From positions 88,536,001 through 88,600,000 of the forward strand of contig NW_027266264.1 of NCBI RefSeq assembly GCF_022045235.1: a stretch of 64,000 bases of DNA, read 5' to 3'. Positions 1 through 12,733 of this stretch are shown here, piece after piece. The notes below the pieces were generated by a model. That model searched no databases. It was not told the DNA's origin and was given only the letters and a program-made list of their open reading frames with translations. A program made the position numbers and the translations under genes. Source of the stretch: Haliotis cracherodii. Its lineage: Eukaryota. Position 1 is the first letter of the stretch. Each line of letters begins with the position of its first letter.

Positions 1-1942
1 ATCAAGAAGTTCTATGAATTACACCAAGTATCGGTTACACCTACTTGGGTTGTCAGTCCAGATTTGAAGAGGTCATTATGCAACACGATGTACTGGCCAT
101 TCAAGATATACTCATGAATATTTATTAAAAATCGGTCAACAAAGGACAGTGAAATAACTTCACTATCACAGATTTTATTTTAAAAACCCAGTCTTTCACA
201 CTGAAGTTTATAATAGCAATCTTGTTCCTTTTTCATATCAAGTTTATTTCTCTCATGAAATAATTTTTCTCTATCTCCAGCTAATGCTTTTGTTGCATCT
301 TATTTCAATCATATGGCTGGTGTATGTCTGAAAAAACTCATCTACTGTCTCCCTAACTTCCCATCTTGGCCTTATATTTATTACTAGTACAGCAAGAATA
401 ACAAAACACATTAATGTTTTAATACTTTTTGCAATTACTGACTTATAATTACAGACAAAGCTTTATGTTACAAAATGTACCATAAATACTTAAATGTCAA
501 AGGACTTGAGACTGACTGAAAGAAAGACTTGGAAGCTGTGATTGGCTGATCGTAGAAACATCACTCATGACTGGCTGAGAATGGCATAATTACCTGTCTG
601 AGGAAATGTATTAAATGTGATTTTGAAACAGCATAAATATTTTTTATCAGAGCATCAGACTTAATCAGGGATAGAAATATCGAGATTTCAATATTGGATG
701 AATTGATTTGTTGATAAAGATGATTAAAAGACCTTCTTCAACAGATTCCAATATTAGCTCTTCTTATTAAGTCTGTACACTTACTCCGTAGCATGGCAAT
801 CAGGCTTTACGTTTTTGTGACAACCGATTCTCTTGCATCGATCATCAAGTTGAAAAAAACCCATTGAGCACCACCTTGATGACCTGTGTGCAGTTTCTCA
901 GTGTTGTAACTCTTAACATAAGAGTAGAGAAATTAATTAAGTGATGTCTGTCTTACTCGTCTGTGTGGCCATAGACTATATAAATGCAGCCTTGTATCTC
1001 AGAGTCATTGAAGCATTCAACATTCTCTCATTGACAACTATTGTATTGTGAAGTATGAACAATTGATTCTAACATATAAATAAAGCCAGCCAACAGCCTC
1101 TAGAGAGTGGTTCCAGGACAATTGTCTTTCAGCAGCAGTCACAAACAGGTTTGTGGGCTTGTTGAATGATTCCAGCTATTCTCAATGTCCTGAAAACATC
1201 TTGTCACGTTGGGCCATCAATACTTTGTTTTTCTGTCACATTTTGTTGACTGAAGCTACGGGTCATGCAGCATGGATTGGTCTCCATTGGCAAAGTAAGT
1301 GAAGCGTTTAGTTTTACTCTCATGTAGAATCACCTGCTGTATTGATGGATGCTATGGCCTTGTTGGCGATCCATACACAGCGCTGTCCGTATGTAGTGTC
1401 TCCTGCGACAGGAACAGTGACAACTACCATAGATTTTTACTGTAAATTATTATTGACAGTTGACAAGGCCATGATGGCTACTCAGGGACACTTTAGCTCT
1501 CATACATGTTCAAATGTGCATGTATCAAGTTATAGTTGTATTGATTTGCTGTTAGTGCCCATGCCAGATGCCTCTCTGCTGTGCTGAGCAGACAAGAATT
1601 TTAGTCAGTGTTTAGATGGAATACAGGATTACATCAAATGTGATGTCAAGTTCACTGTCACTTGGGAAATAATGTACTTGCTTGCTAGCTAGAACAATGA
1701 CCACTGGTAGGACTGATGAATTCCATTAGAACAGCCAATCAACTGGTTTGATCTCGGCAATATCTTCTCAGGTTCACAAGAAATATCTATAAATTGGTCT
1801 TCATTAGTTTTCTGATCACTGAATATTGGAAAAATTTATGTTGCCGATCTAACGCTTGACATAAATTACTTTTTTTTTGGTCTAAATATGGACAAATTGC
1901 AATCAAGCAAGCCCTCCATTGAGTACGAGTCCAGTTTGCCTT

Positions 1943-2198
1943 GTCATTGGACGATTGCTGCATCAAAGCCAATCAAATCACTTCATATCACTTGCTATCA
2001 GTAGATGTCATTGGATGATTGCTGCATCTCTGCCAATCCAATCACTTCGTATCACTTGCTATCAGTAGGTGTTATTGGACGATTGCTGCATCTCTGCCAA
2101 TCCAATCACTTCATATCACTTGCTATCAGTAGGTGTTATTGGACGATTGCTGCATCTCTGCCAATCAAATCACTTCATATCACTTGCTATCAGTAGAT
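1943..2198. repeat. Minisatellite, 64-bp unit x4
   Basis: Unit GTYATTGGAYGATTGCTGCATCTCTGCCAATCMAATCACTTCATATCACTTGCTATCAGTAGRT at 64-bp spacing (1943, 2007, ~2071, ~2135). Confidence 0.95.
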
Positions 2199-3950
2199 AA
2201 CATAACATTCTCAAACTAGAACAGCTGTTAATTGTGGAAATAGCTGCAATGAGTCGTTACCCCAGAAACACATAATAAGAAAATGTTGGATATTTTCTAA
2301 CTTGTTTTTTCCTCCTCCATTCGTCCATTTTGGCTTGTAATACGATAAAAAAATATTGATCTGTGCTGATTTTTTTTATTTTGCCTCCTCCATCAATCAA
2401 ATTTGAACCAAAGAATCCAAGAAACAAAAATGTTATAACCTCAGCATGATGCTCCATGGAAGCAAATTGAGATTTCCGTGCTAGCCCTTGTTTAGTAAGT
2501 TATACAGGTTATGAATAAGTGATTAAAGGACTTGTCGCTTCACCACAGGTCTACAACAAGACTACACTTATAACCAAGACTATCTCAGGTGTGAGATAAT
2601 GTCCAAAGTCATGACTTTAAAGTCAACCTTATTCAGGCTGATTCCTGAAATCATATTTCAAACTTTAATTCATTTTCCATTTATTTCCTTTGACTTGTTT
2701 TCATTTGGCCTTTTAATGTTCGCTTTGCTTGTGTTCAGTAATGTATAATGCATCTGTCACCTGCCAAGAAAATTGCATTATGCTTAAAACACATTAAAAA
2801 AGCCTTTAGCTGTATAATTGATATCATGACATATCAGAATCTTATATGCAGTCAAAAGTAATCAATAGTTAATGTTTGAAAACTTCATTTCTTGACATTC
2901 TGTGCTGTTAAATGTTTGCCAAACATCTGAATGCAGAAAACAGAAACTTTTTGGGAATTGATAATGTCCATGATTGAAGAAATGTCAGTCCTGGATGAAG
3001 CAAACTTATTGGAGACTTCTCCATGTTGATGGCTCAGTCAGTTGTGCCGAGTACATGGTGTCTATAAAGGGGCTTCATTCAAGGCATCTAAATTGAATAT
3101 TTAGTTAAATAAATGAAAAATAGATGTGCTGATAAATGTTCTTCTCTGAGATCATCATGTCTGCAAAGGAGGACATTTTATCAGAAAGTGGGGATAGCTG
3201 TTAGCATTTGTTTGTGAACTCTGTGACAGATGTAATTGAAGGTGATTTGCACTGGTGGTGCTTTAGACTTCTTCCAGGAAATCACTGATTACCTGCACTG
3301 AACCTTCACAGGAATGGCCCCCAACACAAGAGAATTTACAAGGTCTAAACTGATTAAAATAGAAGGAAAGAATTTGTTTTGAAATAAAAAAAAATTCTGC
3401 TACTTACTCCAGTTCCAGACATTGCCGCGATACTAAGTTTTTAATAAACTCATCAATTCTTTCTCTTGTCACCCTCTAATTGTTACTCTTACAGAGAAGG
3501 TCAAGTTGAGGTGACCTTGGTGATGGCAGATCTTGCTGATAATGGGTCTGAATGTCCCAGGTTCCTGCACTACTGACACAAGAAACACATTGTGAAAGTA
3601 CAAAGAAAACTAAATGCCACATGCCAGAATGGAATTGTCTTTGACCATAGTTTCCTAAAAGACTATTAAATATATATATAGTGGCTTTGCCTCTCTAACC
3701 AGTTAGCATTGATTAACTGCAGACATGTCTTTGTGCCAAGTATGCAATTCAACCCCAGGGCTTCTACATCTTAAACATCCACACCTGAGGGATGTGTCTT
3801 TCATTAATCACTGGTGACATGATCCTCCTCTGAAGGCTCATCATGTCACATTCACCAGGGCACTTGGGACAAGTCCACAAAAAACACTGTTCCAGAAAAT
3901 ACTGAATAATACTCACTATTTGCTGGATAGGCTGTGTTTCCTGAAAGAAG

Positions 3951-5416
3951 TGAAGTGGTCTGCCCTCTACATGACTACTCTGCGATATGAAGTGGTCTGC
4001 CCCTGCACAACACCCGGGATATGAAGTGGTCTGCCCTCTACATGACTACTCTGCGATATGAAGTGGTCTGCCCCTGCACAACACCTGGGATATGAAGAGG
4101 TCTGCCCCTGCACAACACCCGGGATATGAAGTGGTCTGCCCCTGCACAACACCTGGGATATGAAGTGGTCTGCCCCTGCACAACACCTGGGATATGAAGT
4201 GGTCTGCCCCTGCACAACACCTGGGATATGAAGTGGTCTGCCCCCTACATGACTACTCCGGGATATGAAGTGGTCTGCCCCCTACATGACTACTCTGCGA
4301 TATGAAGTGGTCTGCCCCTGCACAACACCTGGGATATGAAGTGGTCTGCCCCCTACATGACTTCTCTGGGATATGAAGTGGTCTGCCCCCTACATGACTT
4401 CTCTGGGATATGAAGTGGTCTGCCCCTGCACAACACCTGGGATATGAAGTGGTCTGCCCCCTACATGACTTCTCTGGGATATGAAGTGGTCTGCCCCCTA
4501 CATGACTTCTCTGGGATATGAAGTGGTCTGCCCCTGCACAACACCTGGGATATGAAGAGGTCTGCCCCCTACATGACTACTCTGGGATATGAAGTGGTCT
4601 GCCCCTGCACAACACCCGGGATATGAAGTGGTCTGCCCCCTACATGACTACTCCGGGATATGAAGTGGTCTGCCCTCTACATGACTACTCTGTGATATGA
4701 AGTGGTCTGCCCCTGCACAACACCTGGGATATGAAGTGGTCTGCCCCCTACATGACTACTCTGGGATATGAAGTGGTCTGCCCCCTACATGACTACTCTG
4801 GGATATGAAGTGGTCTGCCCCTGCACAACACCTGGGATATGAAGAGGTCTGCCCCCTACACGACTACTACGGGATATGAAGTGGTCTGCCCCCTACACGA
4901 CTACTCTGCGATATGAAGAGGTCTGCCCCCTGCTCGACTAATCTGGGATATAAAATGGTCTGTCCCTGCACGGCACCCAGGATATGAAGTGGTCTGCCCC
5001 CTACACGACTTATCTGGGATATAAAGTGGTCTGTCCCTGCACGACACCCAGGATATGAAGTGGTCTGCCCCCTACACGACTACACTGTGATAAAAAGTGG
5101 TCTGCCCCTGCCTGACACCTGGGATATGAAGAGGTCTGCCCCCTACATGACTTATCTGGGATATGGAGTGGCCTGCCCCCTACACGACTACTCTGGGATA
5201 TGAAGTGGTCTGCCTCTGCACGACACCTGGTATGAAGTGGTCTGCCCCTACACGACTACTCCGGGATATGAAGTGGTCTTCCCCTGCACGACACCCGGGA
5301 TATGAAGTGGTCTGCCCCTGCACGACACCCGGGATATGAAGTGGTCTGCCCCTGCACGACACCCGGGATATGAAGTGGTCTGCCCCCTACACGACTACTC
5401 CGGGATATAAAGTGGT
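3951..5416. repeat. Minisatellite with interspersed 34-bp and 37-bp unit variants
   Basis: GGGATATGAAGTGGTCTGCCCCTGCACAACACCT (34) and GGGATATGAAGTGGTCTGCCCCCTACATGACTACTCT (37), about 40 units. Confidence 0.97.
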
Positions 5417-5540
5417 ATGTGACACGATCCATGTCATACCAGGTTTTGAGCGTCCTGCATTAGGTGTTATACCAATCGCCTCCAGATCGTATGAAACCTA
5501 ACGAGGGATGCACAAAACCCTATATACTATACCCCGAGTA
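5396..5540. mobile_element. Short palindromic (foldback) non-autonomous element, possibly Crypton-like
   Basis: Imperfect inverted arms 5442-5472 (GGTTTTGAGCGTCCTGCATTAGGTGTTATAC) and 5489-5519 (reverse complement GGTTTTGTGCATCCCTCGTTAGGTTTCATAC). Outer ends TACTCCGGGATATA and TATACCCCGAGTA are also inverted. Family assignment is inference. Confidence 0.55.
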
Positions 5541-5653
5541 TAGCCACAAGAAATGAATCTTTCCAACATATTTTAATATGATATTGTAGAAAAGTTTATA
5601 AAACAAATTCAAAATTAATAGAAAACAGCTGTTGTTGAGCTGAGGAACTTATA

Positions 5654-6861
5654 TGAGGGTTGGTCAAAAAGTTCTAAGTCTGACTAACTTTCAACTATGG
5701 GCCATAAAGTGAACTAGTCAATGTAGTACATTGTTTGAGTCCCTCATTGCAAGTGTATTTGGTCTGTTGAGGCTGTTTGTGTATTAATGACAGCCAGTTG
5801 ACCGTGATAGGGGCCCAAATGGACACAGAAATGGAAAAGAATGTGTACCGAGCAGTTTTGACTTTAGAGAAAAGTACTCCCCAAGAAATTCATGACCGCA
5901 TTTCACAAGTGTATGGGGATAAATGCCCTAGCTATTCCTCTATTAAATGTTGGAAGCAGTGTTTAAGGCTGGGAGAACAAGCCTTGATGATGACCCTAGG
6001 TCTGAACATCACTCAACTTCGATCAATGAAGGTTAAATAAAGGAGATAGAAAAACTTCTACTGTCAGATAGACGTATTACCATTGCTGAACTTGAGGACA
6101 ACATAGGTCTGAGTCATGGAGCCATTGAAACTATTATTCATGAACATTTACACATGAATAAGATATCTGCTTGTTGGGTACCAAAAGTTTCTAAATTCTG
6201 ATCTTAAGGAAAAAAAACCCTGACATTGCCAGGAAAATACAGAGCTAATCGGGGAGGATTTTGTCAGTTCAAAAAGAAATTATTAATGGATGATGAAACA
6301 TGGGCCTACCACAATGATCTCAAGTCAAAACCTCAATCCATGGAATGGCACCAAACCACTTGTCTGGCACCAAAGAAATTCAAGTCTTCAAGATTGGTAA
6401 AGAAAGTTATGACCACTGTATTCTGGGATGCAAAGGATGTGATCGCTATTGATTACTTAGAAAGTCAAAAGACGATTACCGGTGCCTATTATGCTGCTTT
6501 GCTTCATCGCCTGAGATTTTATCAAAGAAAAGCGGCATGGATAGCTGACTGCTGGAGTTCTACTTATTCATGACAATGCCTCTTCTCATTGTCAGCAAGC
6601 ACCAAGTGATTTCCACCTGTTTACTTTACTAAAGGAACACCTGTGTGGAAAGCTCTATGCCGACAACGATGAGGTCAAAGCTCCTGTGAATGGGTTTTTT
6701 AGGGTGGCTTCAGAAAACTTCTTCCTGACTGGAATTGACAAGCTTCACAATTGATATGTGAAGTGTAATGAAAAGCAGGGAGATTACGTTGAAAATATAA
6801 TTAAGAACACTTTCACAAGTGTTGGTTTTGTTTATTAGGCAAAGAACTTTTTGACCAGTCG
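5654..6861 (+). mobile_element. Mariner (DD34D-type) DNA transposon, decayed
   Basis: TA-flanked imperfect TIRs TGAGGGTTGGTCAAAAAGTTCT and AGAACTTTTTGACCAGTCG; ~1.2 kb; transposase remnants inside. Confidence 0.9.
5819..6800 (+). pseudogene. Mariner transposase pseudogene
   Basis: Fragments across frames: MEKNVYRAV...STPQEIHDRISQVYGDKCPSYSSIKCW (HTH), WVPK, DETWAYH, KKVMTTVFWDAKDVIAIDYLE, HDNA, C-terminal GDYVE. Several frameshifts and stops. Confidence 0.92.
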
Positions 6862-6927
6862 TAGTATGATGCACAAAGACAACATCATATTGAGTCTTTG
6901 AAAGGCATTTAGAAGTGACACACACAA

Positions 6928-7027
6928 GTAAGAGAATTTATAAATTTCACCTGATGAAGGGAGTAGGTATAATCTACGAAATGTTGAGTTCCTAAAGAAG
7001 TCGACAACCATAAATTCTCGTTCTTAC
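6928..7027 (+). ncRNA. Degenerate type-I hammerhead ribozyme motif, probable Penelope-like element remnant
   Basis: CAC-CTGATGA-AGGGA-GTAG-GTATAAT-CTAC-GAAA-TGTTG: both core boxes flank a GTAG/CTAC stem II. Bracketed by the inverted repeat GTAAGAGAATTTAT / ATAAATTCTCGTTCTTAC. Confidence 0.55.
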
Positions 7028-7155
7028 ATCGTATTGCTTCAGATGGACAAACTTTGTCAGTGCAAATAGGAAATCTTCCATGAAACATCACTAAACATGA
7101 TGATTTAGCATTTCAATTCTATTACTTGTTGTGTCTTTTACTTTGGTTTCTTTAC

Positions 7156-7878
7156 ATTGACATGTATATCTTGATATGGTGGCAAGTACTTCACACTGAC
7201 ATGTATATCTTGATATGGTGGCAAGTACTTCACACTGACATGTATATATTGATATGGTGGCAAGTACTTCACACTGACATGTATATCTTGATATGGTGGC
7301 AAGTACTTCACACTGACATGTATATCTTGATATGGTGGCAAGTACTTCACACTGACATGTATATCTTGATATGGTGGCAAGTACTTCACACTGACATGTA
7401 TATCTAGATATGGTGGCAAGTATTTCACATTGACATGTATATCTCGATATGGTGGCAAGTACTTCACACTGACATGTATATCTAGATATGGTGGCAAGTA
7501 TTTCACATTGACATGTATATCTCGATATGGTGGCAAGCATTTCACACTGACATGTATTTCTTGATATGGTGGCAAGCACTTCACATTGACATGTGTATCT
7601 TGATATCACGGCCAGCACTTCACATTAACATGTATATCTCGATATGGTGGCAAGCGCTTCACATTGACATGTATATCTCAATATCACGGCCAGCACTTCA
7701 CATTAACATGTATATCGCGATATGGTGGCAAGTACTTCACATTGACATGTATATCTCGATATCATGGCCAGCGCTTCACATTGACATATATATCTCGATA
7801 TGGCGGCAAGCACTTCACATTGACATGTATATGTCTATATGAAGGCAGGTATTTCACATTGATATGTATATCTTGATT
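7156..7878. repeat. Minisatellite, 39-bp unit
   Basis: CACACTGACATGTATATCTTGATATGGTGGCAAGTACTT, ~18 units; homogeneous at the 5' end, diverging 3'. Confidence 0.97.
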
Positions 7879-8371
7879 TGATGACAAGCACGAAGATGAA
7901 AATTAATATCTACATATTTATGTTGGGAAACACTTAATGGTGGGCCAATGATATGACTTATATTCAATGGACAGACAATGTTATCATGAAGTCCCTGTTC
8001 AGCTGAGTTGCCATAAGATCTGGTGTCAGGATATCATGCATATCATGAAAATATTATTTTATGTTTGATGGTTACTGATGTATTATTCATTCTCAAATTA
8101 AGAGTATTTCATGTGAAAGAACTGGAGCTGCATTCTTCGAGATGAGAGTGCATGATACTGGATTGTGACAGCTGTGGTGACAACAGTCACAATCATCAAC
8201 ACAGGATCCACCTGCATGGGTACTTAGCCCCTGCATGAATGCAGAGCACAGAATTAGAAACTTTGTAAATATCATATTCAAATAGCTACATTGGCTTCAG
8301 AATAGAGCTGTTATATTTTGTATTAGAAGTTTTTAAGTGCCGATGATTCATGAAACCTTTCTCCGGCACTG

Positions 8372-11058
8372 TAATACTTCCCCCAGACAGAACTCCAATG
8401 TTTTCCCCAGACTGTATTCCAATACTTTCCCCAGACTGTACTCCAATACTTTCCCCAGACTGTATTCCAATACTTTCCTCAGACTGTATTCCAATACGTT
8501 CCCCAGACTGTACTCCAATGCTTTCCCCAGACTGTATTCCAATGCTTTCCCCAGACTGTTTTCCAATACTTTCCTCAAACTGTACTCCAATACGTTCCCC
8601 AGACTGTACTCCAATGCTTTCCCCAGACTGTATTCCAATGCTTTCCCCAGACTGTACTCCAATACTTTCCCCAGACTGTACTCCAATACTTTCCCCAGAC
8701 TGTACTCCAATAGTTTCCCCAGACTGTACTCCAATGCTTTCCCCAGACTGTACTCCAATACTTTCCCCAGACTGTATTCCAATACTTTCCCAAGACTGTA
8801 CTCCAATGCTTTCCCAAGACTGTACTCCAATAGTTTCCCCAGACTGTATTCCAATACTTTCCTCAGACTGTATTCCAATGCTTTCCCCAGACTGTACTCC
8901 AATACTTTCCCCAGACTGTACTCCAATACTTTCCTCAGACTGTATTCCAATACTTTCCTCAGACTGTACTCCAATACTTTCCCCAGACTGTATTCCAATA
9001 CTTTCCCCAGACTGTATTCAAATGCTTTCCCCAGACTATTCCAATACTTTACCCAGACTGTACTCCAATACTTTCCCCAGACTGTACTCCAATACTTTCC
9101 CCAGACTGTAGTTCAAGACTTTCCTCAGACTGTACTCCAATGCTTTCCCCAGACTGTATTCCAATGCTTTCCTCAGACTGTACTCCAATACTTTCCCCAG
9201 ACTGTATTCCAATACTTTCCTCAGACTGTATTCCAATGCTTTCCCCAGACTGTATTCCAATACTTTCCTCAGACTGTATTCCAATGCTTTCCCCAGACTG
9301 TATTCCAATGCTTTCCTCAGACTGTACTCCAATACTTTCCCCAGACTGTATTCCAATGCTTTCCTCAGACTGTATTCCAATGCTTTCCCCAGACTGTACT
9401 CCAATACTTTCCTCAGACTGTACTCCAATACTTTCCCCAGACTGTATTCCAATGCTTTCCTCAGACTGTATTCCAATGCTTTCCCCAGACTGTACTCCAA
9501 TACTTCCCCCAGACTGTACTCCAATACTTTCCCCAGACTGTACTCCAATACTTTCCCCAGACTGTAGTTCAAGACTTTCCTCAGACTGTATTCCAATAGT
9601 TTCCCTAGACTGTATTCCAATACTTTCCCAAGACTGTACTCCAATGCTTTCCCAAGACTGTACTCCAATAGTTTCCCCAGACTGTATTCCAATACTTTCC
9701 TCAGACTGTATTCCAATGCTTTCCCCAGACTGTACTCCAATACTTTCCCCAGACTGTACTCCAATACTTTCCTCAGACTGTATTCCAATACTTTCCTCAG
9801 ACTGTACTCCAATACTTTCCCCAGACTGTATTCCAATACTTTCCCCAGACTGTATTCAAATGCTTTCCCCAGACTATTCCAATACTTTACCCAGACTGTA
9901 CTCCAATACTTTCCCCAGACTGTACTCCAATACTTTCCCCAGACTGTAGTTCAAGACTTTCCTCAGACTGTACTCCAATGCTTTCCCCAGACTGTATTCC
10001 AATGCTTTCCTCAGACTGTACTCCAATACTTTCCCCAGACTGTATTCCAATACTTTCCTCAGACTGTATTCCAATGCTTTCCCCAGACTGTATTCCAATA
10101 CTTTCCTCAGACTGTATTCCAATGCTTTCCCCAGACTGTATTCCAATGCTTTCCTCAGACTGTACTCCAATACTTTCCCCAGACTGTATTCCAATGCTTT
10201 CCTCAGACTGTACTCCAATACTTTCCCCAGACTGTATTCCAATGCTTTCCTCAGACTGTACTCCAATACTTTCCCCAGACTGTATTCCAATGCTTTCCTC
10301 AGACTGTATTCCAATGCTTTCCCCAGACTGTACTCCAATGCTTTCCTCAGACTGTATTCCAATGCTTTCCCCAGACTGTACTCCAATACTTTCCCCAGAC
10401 TGTACTCCAATACTTTCCCCAGACTGTATTCCAATGCTTTCCCAAGACTGTACTCCAATGCTTTCCCCAGACTGTACTCCAATGCTTTCCCCAGACTGTA
10501 CTCCAATACTTTCCCCAGACTGTATTCCTATACTTTCCCCAGACTGTATTCCAATGCTTTCCCCAGACTGTATTCCAATGCTTTCCCCAGACTGTATTCC
10601 AATACTTTCCTCAGACTGTACTCCAATACTTTCCCCAGACTGTATTCCAATACTTTCCTCAGACTGTACTCCAATACTTTCCCCAGACTGTATTCCAATA
10701 CTTTCCCCAGACTGTATTCCAATGCTTTCCCCAGACTGTATTCCAATACTTTCCCCAGACTGTACTCCAATACTTTCCCCAGACTGTACTCCAATACTTT
10801 CCCCAGACTGTAGTTCAAGACTTTCCTCAGACTGTACTCCAATGCTTTCCCCAGACTGTATTCCAATGCTTACCCAGACTGTATTCCAATAGTTTCCTCA
10901 GATCCTCAGACTGTACTCCAATGCCTTCTTCAGACTGTCCACCAATACTTCCCCAGACTGTAATTCAATACATTCCCCAGACAGAACCCCAATACATTCC
11001 CCATACCGTACTCCAATATTTTTCCCATACTGTACTCCAATTCTTTCCCAGACTATAC
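8372..11058. repeat. Minisatellite, 24-bp unit, with an 838-bp higher-order duplication
   Basis: TTCCCCAGACTGTAYTCCAATRCT, ~110 units. The diagnostic variant CCAGACTATTCCAATACTTTACCC recurs 838 bp apart (~9031, ~9869). Confidence 0.98.
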
Positions 11059-11085
11059 TGTCTAGAGATGTCCTAACAGTTTTAA

Positions 11086-12733
11086 CTGTAAGCTGCATGT
11101 ATAGATAGGAGGGGCCTGTAAGCTGTATGTATAGATGGGGGGGTCTGTAAGCTGTTTGTGTGGGTGGGAGGAGCCTGTAAGCAGTATGTATGGATGGGAG
11201 GGGTCTGTAAGCAGTATGTATAGATGGGAGGGCCTGTAAGCTGTATGTATGGATAGGAGGGGTCTGTAAGCAGTATGTATAGATGGGAGGGGCCTTGTAA
11301 GCTGTATTTATAGATGGGAGGGGCCTGTAAGCTGTATGTATAGATGGGAGGGGCCTGTAAGCTGTATGTATGGATAGGAGGGTCCTGTAAGCTGTATATA
11401 TAGATGGGAGGGCCTGTAAGCTGTATGTATAGATGGGAGGGGTCTGTAAGCTGCATATATTGATGGGAGGGGCCTCTAAGCTGTATATATAGATGGGAGG
11501 GCCTGTAAGCTGTATGTGTGGGTGGGAGGGGCCTGTAAGCTGTATGTATGGATGGAAGCGGCCTTGTTAGCTGTATGTATAGATGGGAGGGCCTGTAAGC
11601 TGTATATATAGATGGGAGGGGCCTTGTAAGCTGTATGTATAGATGGGAGGGGCCTGTAAGCTGTATGTATGGATAGGAGGGGCCTGTAAGCTGTATATAT
11701 ATATGGGAGGGGCCTGTAAGCTGTATATATAGATGGGAGGGCCTGTAAGCTGTATGTATAGATGGAAGGGGTCTGTAAGCTGTATATATTGATGGGAGGG
11801 GCCTGTAAGCTGTATGTATAGATGGGAGGGCCTGTAAGCTGTATGTGTGGGTGGGAGGGGCCTGTAAGCTGTATGTATGGATGGGAGTGGCCTTGTAAGC
11901 TGTATGTATCGATGGGAGGGCCTGTAAGCTGTATATATAGATGGGAGGGCCTGTAAGCTGTATATATTGATGGGAGGGGCCTTGTAAGCTGTATATATTG
12001 ATGTGAGGGCCTGTAAGCTGTATGTATAGATAGGAGGGGCATGTCAGCTGTACGTGTAGGTGGTAGGGGCCTTTCAGCTTTATGTGTGGGTAGGAGGGGC
12101 CTGTAAGCTGTATGTATAGATGGGAGGGGCCTGTAAGTTGTACATGTAGGTGGAAGGGGCCTGTAAGCTGTATGTGTGGGTGGGGGGTGGGGGCTGTAAA
12201 CTGTGTGTTTAGATGGGATGGGCCTGTAAGCTGTATGTATAGATGGGAGGGGCCTGTAAGCTGTACATGTAGGTGGGAGGGGCCTGTAAGCTGTATGTAT
12301 AGACAGGAGGGGCCTGTAAGCTGTATGTATAGATGGGAGGGGCCTGTAAGCTGTACATGTAGGTGGAAGGGGCCTGTAAGCTGTATGTGTGGGTGGGGGG
12401 TGGGGGCTGTAAACTGTGTGTTTAGATGGGATGGGCCTGTAAGCTGTATGTATAGATGGGAGGGGCCTGTAAGCTGTACATGTAGGTGGGAGGGGCCTGT
12501 AAGCTGTATGTATAGATAGGAGGGGCCTGTAAGCTGTACATGTAGGTGGGAGGAGTCTGTAAGCTGTATGTGTAGGTGGGAGGGGCCTCTAAGCTGTACA
12601 TGTAGGTGGGAGGGGCCTGTAAGCTGTATATATAGATGGGAATGGTCTGTAAGCTGTATGTGTAGGTGGGAGGGGCCTGTAAGCTGTATATATAGATGGG
12701 AGGGGTCTGTAAGCTGTATGTGTAGGTGGGAGG
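11086..12733. repeat. G-rich minisatellite, 29-31-bp unit
   Basis: GGGCCTGTAAGCTGTATGTATAGATGGGAG, ~55 units. Confidence 0.97.

Noticed and set aside
780-1340. Minus-strand peptide scraps resembling transposase motifs (VVNERM, EIQGCIY)
   Set aside because: Too short and inconsistent to assign to piggyBac or MULE.
3440-3575. Possible exon after a strong acceptor (CTCTAAT..TTACAG), frame EGQVEVTLVMADLADNGSECPRFLHY*
   Set aside because: No recognisable homology and no partner exons; cannot be distinguished from chance.
3951-5416. Constant repeat plus variable segment, superficially CRISPR-like
   Set aside because: Only two recurrent variants rather than unique spacers; no cas genes; eukaryotic context.
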